Of a DNA stretch of 64,000 bases, positions 16,301 through 23,418 are shown piece by piece. Positions within the stretch are counted from its first letter, which is position 1; every line of letters begins with the position of its first letter. This stretch comes from a virus, in the IMG/VR virus record IMGVR_UViG_3300045999_009829. One strand, written 5' to 3'. The notes under the pieces are model-generated. The model did not search any database and had not been told where the DNA came from. It saw only the letters and a program-made list of their open reading frames with translations. A program made the translations under genes and the position numbers.

Positions 16301-16612
16301 CTAGTCGAAGTCAACCTTTTCCGACACAAGAGTTCGAGTCTCAGTGACCTTAGTGACTTGAATCGTCTCGAGCTTTGGAGAGTAATAGCTGGGCCCGACC
16401 TTTGATCTTGCTACGCTTATAGCCTTCTCTTTGGTGTCGAACTTGTATGCCAGCGTCTCGTTGGTGATCCACTGAAAGATGTTGTACTGGTAGTCGATGG
16501 AGACCCAAGCTGGTACATTCTCCTCCATCATCACGTACCCGGCTGAGTTCTCAGACTGATTCATCCGGACCGATACCGTGTAGTACTCTGTCTTGATCTC
16601 GTTAACTGTCAT
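16301..16612 (-). CDS. Hypothetical protein
   Basis: 103-aa ORF. Confidence 0.6.
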   Translation of the reverse strand: MTVNEIKTEYYTVSVRMNQSENSAGYVMMEENVPAWVSIDYQYNIFQWITNETLAYKFDTKEKAISVARSKVGPSYYSPKLETIQVTKVTETRTLVSEKVDFD

Positions 16613-16794
16613 CGGTTCTTGATGAGCTTGTAGAGTTCTGGGGCTACAACAAAGGCTCCGAACACGAGGAAGGGCGCTGCAAGCATGAACAGTGACAGAG
16701 CAGCGCCGAAGATGAATCCTAGACCGATACCGAGTAAGATGTAGCCAAACGCTAGTATCAAAAGTCCGATGATGAGTCTTTCCTGATCAGGCAT
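16609..16794 (-). CDS. Small two-TM membrane protein
   Basis: Hydrophobic 61-aa ORF. Confidence 0.6.
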   Translation of the reverse strand: MPDQERLIIGLLILAFGYILLGIGLGFIFGAALSLFMLAAPFLVFGAFVVAPELYKLIKNR

Positions 16795-17107
16795 CTAACT
16801 CTCCCAGGGGATCAAAAATGTTGACTGTCTCTTCCTTTCTGGGTTCCATGATGACTCTACTGGGGTCATATCCAGTGTAGTACCAGAAGGCTATTCTAAG
16901 TGCGGACAGAGTCTTGAACTGTATGGAGGCGCCCTTGGCGATCATGATTGCCGCCGGCTCTCCGGAGCTCTTTCGTACGTAGTCAATGAACTCCTCGTCG
17001 AAGAGGCACTGAGTTTCCAGTCGATTGATGTCACGAAGCAATGCCTCGCAAGTCTCTTTGTGCTTCTTGTTGAGGAACGGAACGTCAGAGAACCTTATGT
17101 AAGCCAT
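16787..17107 (-). CDS. Hypothetical protein
   Basis: 106-aa ORF; SD lies inside a 12-bp hairpin. Confidence 0.6.
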   Translation of the reverse strand: MAYIRFSDVPFLNKKHKETCEALLRDINRLETQCLFDEEFIDYVRKSSGEPAAIMIAKGASIQFKTLSALRIAFWYYTGYDPSRVIMEPRKEETVNIFDPLGELDA

Positions 17108-17172
17108 CAGTCTCTCCCGTCAGTGTGTGTGCCTATTTAATGAGACGGGAGAGACGCGGTTCAGTGCACCGC

Positions 17173-18216
17173 CTACGTCCAGATTGATTGACCGTTCGGA
17201 CTACGAATACGATCTCTCCAAGCAGCTCGGATCAGCTCATGAGTCGCAGCAGGGAGCGGAATGTACTCTAGACGAGAGGCAATGTCACTGCCCTGACGGT
17301 ATGCCCAATCAAAGAAGCGCATCGTATTCAAGCTGCCCGCCACCTTGTCCGCCGTCGGGTTGGTCGGCAACAGGATGTAGGTGGGCGAGGTGATCGGCCA
17401 CACCGTCGCACCGTTCAGGTCGATGGTGTCGGCGGCGAAGTTCGGCACATTCCAATCGGCCGCCGCGGCGGTCGCCAGGAAGGCAGGCGGCTCCGGGCGC
17501 ACGAAGTTGCCGGACTTGTTCCGGATCTGCGTGGTCGGCATCCGGTTCACCACGGCATAGGCGTTCTCGATGTAGCCGATCGTGCCCGGGGTGTTGCGGA
17601 TGATGTTCGACACGCCTTCATTGCCGCGCGCGCCATTGCCCACCGGCCAGCGCACGGAGGTCCCGGCACCCGGACCATTGCGCCACTCTTGGGAGATGCG
17701 CGAGAGATAGGTCGTCCACACCCAGGTCGTGCCCGAGCCATCGGCACGGTAGGCGACCGAAAGCGGCAGGTTCGGGATACGGATGTCGCGGTTCAGCTCG
17801 GCGATCCGCGGATCGTTCCAGCGGGTGATCCGGCCGAAGAAGATGTCGGTGATGATTTCCGGCGTCAGGCGCAGCGCATTGTCCGCCACACCCGGCAGGT
17901 TCGCGCTCAGCACGACCGAGCCCATGACGGTCGGGAACTGCAGAAGGTTGCGCTCGGCGAGCTGCGCCGTGGTCAGCGGCGCGTCAGAGGCGCCGAAATC
18001 GACCGTACGCGCGGTGATCTGGTTGATGCCGCCGCCGGAGCCGATTGACTGGTAGTTCAGCTGCACGCTGATGGCTTCTCGTGCGGCCTGCGCCCAGCGC
18101 TCATAGAGCGGACGGGGGAAGGTGGCGCCGGCGCCGGTGATCGTAAGTGTTTGTGCTGATAGACTGGGGGATGCTAGTAGAGCGGCACCAGTCAGCATTA
18201 ATGTTCGTCGGTCCAT
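17173..18216 (-). CDS. pstS: Phosphate ABC transporter substrate-binding protein
   Basis: GAGATFP, YQSIGSGGG, VDFGASD, RADGSGTT, GNEGV, IGYIE. Confidence 0.97.
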   Translation of the reverse strand: MDRRTLMLTGAALLASPSLSAQTLTITGAGATFPRPLYERWAQAAREAISVQLNYQSIGSGGGINQITARTVDFGASDAPLTTAQLAERNLLQFPTVMGSVVLSANLPGVADNALRLTPEIITDIFFGRITRWNDPRIAELNRDIRIPNLPLSVAYRADGSGTTWVWTTYLSRISQEWRNGPGAGTSVRWPVGNGARGNEGVSNIIRNTPGTIGYIENAYAVVNRMPTTQIRNKSGNFVRPEPPAFLATAAAADWNVPNFAADTIDLNGATVWPITSPTYILLPTNPTADKVAGSLNTMRFFDWAYRQGSDIASRLEYIPLPAATHELIRAAWRDRIRSPNGQSIWT

Positions 18217-18256
18217 AATATCTCCTTTTCATGATGTACAAATCACATTTACAGAA

Positions 18257-18328
18257 AGCGGATGGCCAGACTCGAACTGGTCTTCTACGGCTTGGAAGGC
18301 CGGGGCACAACCCTTATACCACACCCGC
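18257..18328 (-). tRNA. tRNA-Gly(TCC)
   Basis: GCGGGTG acceptor, CT-TCC-AA, T arm; no encoded CCA. Confidence 0.9.
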
Positions 18329-18334
18329 AAAACT

Positions 18335-18565
18335 AGCTGAGCCTCACGCCCTTGGCTCGAATGTTGTCTGGCATTACCAATGAGCGACGTCCGCTATGCG
18401 GTCCGTATCCAGATCAAACATACTAGATGACGTTCTACTTTATCAGGTATGTCGCTCCCCCGTAGGCGAACTTACCACGCCCATTATTCAGCACCACTGA
18501 GCCTGGACCCTTACGAACGCCTGACCACGATTGTAGAACTACGTCTCCTGTCACCTAGTATACCA
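18335..18565 (-). ncRNA. Putative ~230-nt pseudoknotted RNA
   Basis: Nested helices of 12, 7 and 5 bp plus a crossing GAGCGAC/GTCGCTC helix; no ORF in the track. Confidence 0.55.
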
Positions 18566-18576
18566 CTACTTAGTGT

Positions 18577-18939
18577 TCACCACTTATAGGCCCGCCGGAT
18601 AATTTCGACAAGCTCCGGGTCCCGGTACTCATAGTTATCCGGGATCATGAGATTGAACACCGGCGTATTGAGACCGCAATCAGCCAGCAGCTTATTAACC
18701 ACCATCTCATGGTCAAGCTGGACGCACACAATCTCATCCGCCCAAGTCAGCAGCACCCGATCCAGAGGGACCAGTGCATAGTCGTGGATACCACAAGCCC
18801 GGGTGTTGTAGTTATACGGGTCCTGTGAAAGCACCCACGCGATGGTAGGAGACCGCAGAAGGCCCGCCGAACAAACCGTCAGAACCTTCTTGTATGAACC
18901 CTGGTGCGGGTTCTTGCAGTTGTGCAGCCGGTTCATCAT
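18577..18939 (-). CDS. Low-molecular-weight protein-tyrosine-phosphatase-like protein
   Basis: P-loop C-SAGLL-RS (CX5R), WADEI, IPDNY. Confidence 0.88.
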   Translation of the reverse strand: MMNRLHNCKNPHQGSYKKVLTVCSAGLLRSPTIAWVLSQDPYNYNTRACGIHDYALVPLDRVLLTWADEIVCVQLDHEMVVNKLLADCGLNTPVFNLMIPDNYEYRDPELVEIIRRAYKW

Positions 18940-18968
18940 GTATGCATGCCTTTCTTCTGGAATACTTG

Positions 18969-19065
18969 TCGAAGACCAGGGCCCTGGAACCCATGGGTGG
19001 TTTTATCGGTTCTACCACCAGTCACCTTGAAGCCGTGTTCCCCATTAGCAACGGCTAGTCTTCGA
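18969..19065 (-). ncRNA. Putative ~97-nt three-helix RNA
   Basis: TCGAAGACT/GGTCTTCGA closes AGCCGT/ACGGCT and GGTGGT/ACCACC. Confidence 0.5.
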
Positions 19066-19068
19066 ACT

Positions 19069-19144
19069 TGGTGAGAGTGTGGTGGAGTCGAACCACCTCC
19101 GGCGTAGGCCACGTCTCCGCTCAGCTCCCAGCTCTTACACTCTC
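19069..19144 (-). ncRNA. tRNA-like RNA lacking a canonical anticodon arm
   Basis: 8-bp acceptor GAGAGTGT/ACACTCTC, T arm GGTGG-TTCGACT-CCACC, ACCA end. Confidence 0.75.
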
Positions 19145-19150
19145 AAACTT

Positions 19151-19245
19151 TGGTAGTCGTGACAGGACTCGAACCTGCAACCGCGCACCAATCTAGTGCA
19201 TACGAGAGGTATAAGCTCTCCGCTCTGCCATTGAGCTACACGACC
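19151..19245 (-). tRNA. tRNA-Ile(TAT) with long variable arm
   Basis: GAGAG-CT-TAT-AC-CTCTC anticodon arm; ~25-nt extra arm; CCA. Confidence 0.85.
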
Positions 19246-19250
19246 AAAAA

Positions 19251-19327
19251 TGGTGCCCGCAGAGAGATTTGAACTCCCGACCTACTGATTACAAATCAGT
19301 TGCTGCTACCAGCTGAGCTATACGGGC
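19251..19327 (-). tRNA. tRNA-Thr(TGT)
   Basis: Cloverleaf, TT-TGT-AA, CCA. Confidence 0.95.
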
Positions 19328-19330
19328 TAG

Positions 19331-19484
19331 TTGGCTCGGGCTAACACCACCACGTTCGCAGTAGCGCTTGATCTCTTATCGCACCCCCGAGCAGCACGAT
19401 CGTATCCTACTACTAACCCGAACCGCTATCTCTGCTGTTACACTAACGATCCGGGATCTCAGCCCAAATAGGCGTAAGCTGAAG
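19331..19484 (-). ncRNA. Putative ~155-nt structured RNA between tRNA-Asn and tRNA-Thr
   Basis: 14-bp helix GGTTCGGGTTAGTA/TGTTAGCCCGAGCC; crossing GATCGT/ACGATC. Confidence 0.5.
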
Positions 19485-19488
19485 ATTT

Positions 19489-19564
19489 TGGCTGGCCTGG
19501 CAGGGCTCGAACCTGCGACCCGGTGATTAACAGTCACCTGCTCTACCAGCTGAGCTACAGACCA
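19489..19564 (-). tRNA. tRNA-Asn(GTT)
   Basis: Cloverleaf, CT-GTT-AA, GCCA. Confidence 0.95.
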
Positions 19565-19578
19565 CAACCCATTATATA

Positions 19579-19809
19579 TCAGGCAGCCTTGGTGCGGCGC
19601 TTGGCCTTCTCGACCAGTCGGTAGAAGTTCTTGGACTGACCCTTGGAGTTGGTGCGCTCGACAAGCTCGACCTGGAAGCCGTTCTCGCGGAGACGGTAAA
19701 TCAGATGGTACGGCTGGCTGATGCGGAAGCGTGCAGCAATCTGCTTTGCGGTCAGTTCAGTGCCCGAGCGCATCGTGGTCAGAAGACGGTTATAAGCGGT
19801 AGTTTCCAT
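19579..19809 (-). CDS. Winged helix-turn-helix protein
   Basis: LTAKQIAARF...IYRLRENGF...YRL. Confidence 0.75.
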   Translation of the reverse strand: METTAYNRLLTTMRSGTELTAKQIAARFRISQPYHLIYRLRENGFQVELVERTNSKGQSKNFYRLVEKAKRRTKAA

Positions 19810-19820
19810 GTTATATCTCC

Positions 19821-20009
19821 TTAGAGGATGTCAATGAGTCGGCCGTTCTCATCAACGGCACGAACTCGGTGGTCCGGCAGCATTCGAGCCGCCGCTTCCA
19901 TGTAAGACTGAACCAGTTGAGCCGAGGAGCCAGCGCCGTTACCGACTCGGTTGATAGTCGACCAGTCGGAGTACTTGTTGGCAACTTGGATCAGTAGATC
20001 GCCGTTCAT
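19821..20009 (-). CDS. Hypothetical protein
   Basis: 62 aa, RVRAVDENGRLIDIL; promoter at 20044-20070. Confidence 0.65.
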   Translation of the reverse strand: MNGDLLIQVANKYSDWSTINRVGNGAGSSAQLVQSYMEAAARMLPDHRVRAVDENGRLIDIL

Positions 20010-20113
20010 GTGGAAGTTGGTTCCTTTTGGTTAACTCTTATGTTATACCATGGGTGGGGTATAAAGTCAACCATAGTTTTGTAACAGAGTGCTACAGCAG
20101 GTTTGTATACAAA

Positions 20114-20554
20114 CTAGATTGTATACTCGAAGTTCACGGTGAACTCATTCTCCTGCAGTAGCTTGGCACCGTTTGAGAGGTGAAAGTCTCTAGCCATGTC
20201 CGTCTTGGGACTCAGAGTGACTGCTCGAGTCACACGAGGCTTGTTCCAGCGGATATGGGTGAGCGCTTGGGTGATGATCTTTCGCCCAGAGCCCTTCTGG
20301 AAGGACCAGACCGAGTAGAAGCAAGCCACGTTGAAGCTCGACCACTCAGACAGAACGTCGGCTTCGGTCTTGGGTACCGCACCGAGATAGGCGCCGCACA
20401 GCACCGCCTTCACGCTTATCTCCTCATGGAGCACAAAGCACTCTCGGTTTGCCGCTATTCGCTGCCAATGAGTTATGTTAGGCCTGACTGGATCGGTCTG
20501 AAGTACCTGCGACCAGTGCTCACTGTGTGTCCTGACTGCGGTCAATTGCTCCAT
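20114..20554 (-). CDS. GNAT-fold-like hypothetical protein
   Basis: FYSVWSFQKGSGRKII, VTLSPKTDMARDFHLSNGA. Confidence 0.65.
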   Translation of the reverse strand: MEQLTAVRTHSEHWSQVLQTDPVRPNITHWQRIAANRECFVLHEEISVKAVLCGAYLGAVPKTEADVLSEWSSFNVACFYSVWSFQKGSGRKIITQALTHIRWNKPRVTRAVTLSPKTDMARDFHLSNGAKLLQENEFTVNFEYTI

Positions 20555-20596
20555 GATGTCACCCCAAGTTTGACTTGCAGTACTATATAACCTACC

Positions 20597-20794
20597 TCAG
20601 TAGGCGGGGGTAAAGTACTCTAGGGTCTTCTTGATGGCCCTGTAGTGCTCGTCGATCTCCTTGATATTCTCGAGTCGATTGCCGAGTCCATACTTGAGCA
20701 CCATGTCGAGCTCGGAGTGCATTGCGCGCTCGAGGATCTCGAGGTGGTACTTTAGAAAGTCGATCGTAACTGCTTCGTCGTGGATCTTGCTCAT
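20597..20794 (-). CDS. Hypothetical protein
   Basis: 65-aa ORF. Confidence 0.6.
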   Translation of the reverse strand: MSKIHDEAVTIDFLKYHLEILERAMHSELDMVLKYGLGNRLENIKEIDEHYRAIKKTLEYFTPAY

Positions 20795-20795
20795 G

Positions 20796-21098
20796 TCAGA
20801 GTGTTCTCACAATGGTGTGTCTAAAGCGAGTGGTAGAGCCATAGGCTTCCCAGGATGGCTGTCTAAGCTCTCGAAGAAGACCTAGCTTTGCATTCTCTAG
20901 GTCCGCGGACCTCAAGGCATCATCTTGGGCCTTTGCAAAGATTATAGTTTCCTTCTCGCCCAGCACCTCTTCCTTGATCTTGTATGCGGTGGTCCTGACT
21001 ACGTACCGCTTCTTGCCCTTGGTATCCTTCACGTACTTGGTGAAGTACCCGTAGGGCTTGCTGTCCCAGATGTCATCTAGCTCTTCTTTGCTGAGCAT
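20796..21098 (-). CDS. Hypothetical protein
   Basis: 100-aa ORF. Confidence 0.6.
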   Translation of the reverse strand: MLSKEELDDIWDSKPYGYFTKYVKDTKGKKRYVVRTTAYKIKEEVLGEKETIIFAKAQDDALRSADLENAKLGLLRELRQPSWEAYGSTTRFRHTIVRTL

Positions 21099-21099
21099 G

Positions 21100-21339
21100 T
21101 CAGACCTTCATGATCGCACGGAGCATCTTCTCTTCAACGCCAGCTGCAAGAGCGACGTTGTAGAGCGTCCGGAGCTTTCGAATGGTCAAGTCGATGGCTT
21201 CCTGGTTGGAGATGCCCTCCAGGTCCTCGACTCCCATATAGGACAGGGAGTCGCAGAGGTGGTCGATCAATTCAGTCACTTCGGACTCACTCATGGTCTT
21301 GTCTCCGTATGTTTGGATGTACACAGTGTTACGCGACAT
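21100..21339 (-). CDS. Hypothetical protein
   Basis: 79-aa ORF (start may be ~21294). Confidence 0.55.
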   Translation of the reverse strand: MSRNTVYIQTYGDKTMSESEVTELIDHLCDSLSYMGVEDLEGISNQEAIDLTIRKLRTLYNVALAAGVEEKMLRAIMKV

Positions 21340-21685
21340 ACCAGGTCTCGATCTCGTCTTCTACCTGGATGGACTCAGAGCCGTCGTACTCGGTGATCTT
21401 GAACCGAGTGCCCTGGGGAATCCACTCGATCTCCAGGTCATAAAAACCACTCCCGAGGTAGATGCCTGGGTACGTATCTTCCAGATACTTGATCATGTCG
21501 TCCCTGCTCATGGACTTGCCGTCGGTCCGGACGTACTCGACGACAGTCGGATCAAACAAGATCGCTGGATGATCCTCATTCCAAGTCGACCAGCCAGAGC
21601 CGAAGCTCGGGCTAAACAGTACGGCAACGTTGCCGCCTTCAATCACCTTGTGCATATATCTATCACTCCTCTGTTTGGCTGTCAC
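21329..21685 (-). CDS. Conserved phage hypothetical protein
   Basis: VAVLFSPSFGSGWSTWN...ITEYDGSESI. Confidence 0.7.
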   Translation of the reverse strand: MTAKQRSDRYMHKVIEGGNVAVLFSPSFGSGWSTWNEDHPAILFDPTVVEYVRTDGKSMSRDDMIKYLEDTYPGIYLGSGFYDLEIEWIPQGTRFKITEYDGSESIQVEDEIETWYVA

Positions 21686-22103
21686 TAACTATCACGAGTT
21701 CAGCTTGAAGCTCGCATCGAACCGTGTGTCGGCACTTCTTGTGGAACTGCCAGCCGGTGCACGTGCAGGACCAGAGTCGTGTGTGGCTATTCAGCTGCAC
21801 GATATATACTTCACCGGTCTTGGACGAGGTCACGTTGTAGACCCGGTCCTTGATGGGCGCCTTCGGCTTTACCGGCTTGTCGTTGACAGCAACGATCCGA
21901 TGCTCGGGCACCATGTTGAGGGCCCTGGTCTCCGAGTTGAGGAGACACACGTGAGGGCCCTTGAGCCAAGACGGTGCACCGACCACGGTGCCACGAAGAG
22001 TGTCGGTCTTCCGTGCACGGTGCTTGCTGTCGTGAGCAAAGTACTGCAGAGTGTGAGCCATGTCGATGGTCACCTCGACCTCAGAACCGATAGGCAATTC
22101 CAT
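21663..22103 (-). CDS. SWIM zinc-finger protein
   Basis: WSCTCTGWQFHKKCRH. Confidence 0.8.
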   Translation of the reverse strand: MELPIGSEVEVTIDMAHTLQYFAHDSKHRARKTDTLRGTVVGAPSWLKGPHVCLLNSETRALNMVPEHRIVAVNDKPVKPKAPIKDRVYNVTSSKTGEVYIVQLNSHTRLWSCTCTGWQFHKKCRHTVRCELQAELVIVSDSQTEE

Positions 22104-22159
22104 ATTGGTTTCCTTTATGTCACTACCGATTATACCGAGGCCAAGGCAAAAGTCAACGA

Positions 22160-22585
22160 CTATGCTATCTTCTCCATCTTGGACCGCACCTCGCGCTCGA
22201 GTCGATCCCAGCGACTGATCTTGCCGTTGCTGTAGGCAAAGTCGTCGCTCATCTCGTCCTGGTAGCGCCAGTTCTTAATGTTGTCGAGGGTCTGCTGCAG
22301 CACCTCTCGAGTTATCTCAGGGAGATCCTCGATCTGTTCTCGGGCCCAGGTCAGCGCCTGTGAGCGGGTGGCAAAGGTACCCAGACGGGTATCGGTGCCG
22401 AGCTCTTCGCTGATGGGGTTGTAGACGGTGACGCCGAACTGCTCGCCGACCTTGTGGTGAGAGTTGTACACGAGCGTGCCGTAGACCTTCTGGGTGTCGT
22501 CGTCAATCAGGCGCCAGCCCTTGTACCAGACCTCACCCTGCTTGTTCTTGTAGTCGATGATCTTCTTGGCGACCAGGTTCATCAC
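22160..22585 (-). CDS. Hypothetical protein
   Basis: 141-aa ORF. Confidence 0.65.
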   Translation of the reverse strand: MMNLVAKKIIDYKNKQGEVWYKGWRLIDDDTQKVYGTLVYNSHHKVGEQFGVTVYNPISEELGTDTRLGTFATRSQALTWAREQIEDLPEITREVLQQTLDNIKNWRYQDEMSDDFAYSNGKISRWDRLEREVRSKMEKIA

Positions 22586-22848
22586 TTCTCTCCGTACTTG
22601 GCCTTGTCAAGGCTGCGGCGAATGCTGCTGACCAAGATCTCAGCGGAGTTGATCGCGGCCTCTGGGTTCATGCGGCCCGCACTGAAGAAGGCCGACTCGA
22701 GGCGACCGATGTGGGAGGAGTAGGCCGTCCGCCAGGCATCGGACTCCTTGGCGCCGTTCTTGACCAGAGTCTCGGCATACTCCATGGTCAGCTTGAACGC
22801 GGTGTCCAGGAGCTGATTGATCCGAACGGAATCGGTGTTGTCGCTCAT
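22582..22848 (-). CDS. Hypothetical early protein
   Basis: Starts at cassette ATG 22848 (MSDNTDSV). Confidence 0.65.
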   Translation of the reverse strand: MSDNTDSVRINQLLDTAFKLTMEYAETLVKNGAKESDAWRTAYSSHIGRLESAFFSAGRMNPEAAINSAEILVSSIRRSLDKAKYGEK

Positions 22849-22908
22849 CTGTCTGTCTCCGTTGTCCATAGTCTCTTTATAACCCAGGTCGCTTTTAAAG
22901 TCAACCCC
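22849..22908 (-). repeat. Early promoter-RBS cassette copy
   Basis: Same cassette. Confidence 0.85.
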
Positions 22909-22912
22909 TATC

Positions 22913-23155
22913 TCAGTTATAATTCCAGGCTTCCATCGAGACCTGGTGACCCGCCGAAGCCCATTCGGCCCGAAAGCCGTTGAACAGGGAAATGGCGAGC
23001 TTGGAGCCCGACGTCTCGAAGATATCGTATACAGAGCGATCGCCGCTCTCGGCGTCAACTTCCCAGATGATCACCCGATACGTGTCGAACCCCTGCAGCT
23101 CGGCGGGGAGCCGCTTTTGGGTGAGGTTCCGGGAGAGATCGATGTTGATGGCCAT
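22913..23155 (-). CDS. Hypothetical early protein
   Basis: MAINIDLSRN..., behind a cassette. Confidence 0.65.
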   Translation of the reverse strand: MAINIDLSRNLTQKRLPAELQGFDTYRVIIWEVDAESGDRSVYDIFETSGSKLAISLFNGFRAEWASAGHQVSMEAWNYN

Positions 23156-23215
23156 TGTGTCTGTCTCCGTGTTGATAGTCCCTTTATACCACCACCCGCT
23201 TTTAAAGTCAACCCC
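23156..23215 (-). repeat. Early promoter-RBS cassette copy
   Basis: Cassette variant (ATC in place of the +1 ATG). Confidence 0.8.
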
Positions 23216-23276
23216 TATCTTGCGGCACCCACCGGCAGACCCCCACAAAGGTACCCGCTAGGCAAAAAGTCAATAA

Positions 23277-23418
23277 AATCAATAACTTAGCCGATCTAGG
23301 GGTTCTATACAAAATGTATAAGAATCAATGGTTTAGCCGATTCCATACAGCTACCAGCGATCTAAGTCAGCTAGACTGATGGGAAACCCACTAGAGCGGC
23401 TTAGTACGATAGTAGCTG
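23277..23418 (+). repeat. Duplicated IHF-site/hairpin element, copy B, in the divergent promoter region
   Basis: AATCAATAACTTAG and AATCAATGGTTTAG 46 bp apart, then the shared 18+19-nt core. Confidence 0.8.

Noticed and set aside
18225-18256. Pho box upstream of pstS
   Set aside because: CTGTAAAT/TTGTACAT half-sites are degenerate and not spaced 11 bp apart; unsupported without a PWM.
18335-18565. RNase P RNA or group I intron identity for the large structured RNA
   Set aside because: The conserved GAGGAAAGUCC P4 strand and group I P7 core sequences were not found.
19036-19052. GCTAATGGG resembling the J4/2 strand of an HDV-like (theta) ribozyme after a tRNA 3' end
   Set aside because: I could not build P1/P2/P3 in the required order; kept only as an unassigned structured RNA.
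23373-23391. CTGATG...GAAAC resembling a hammerhead ribozyme core
   Set aside because: It reads CUGAUGG rather than CUGANGA, and there is no stem II between the two core strands.
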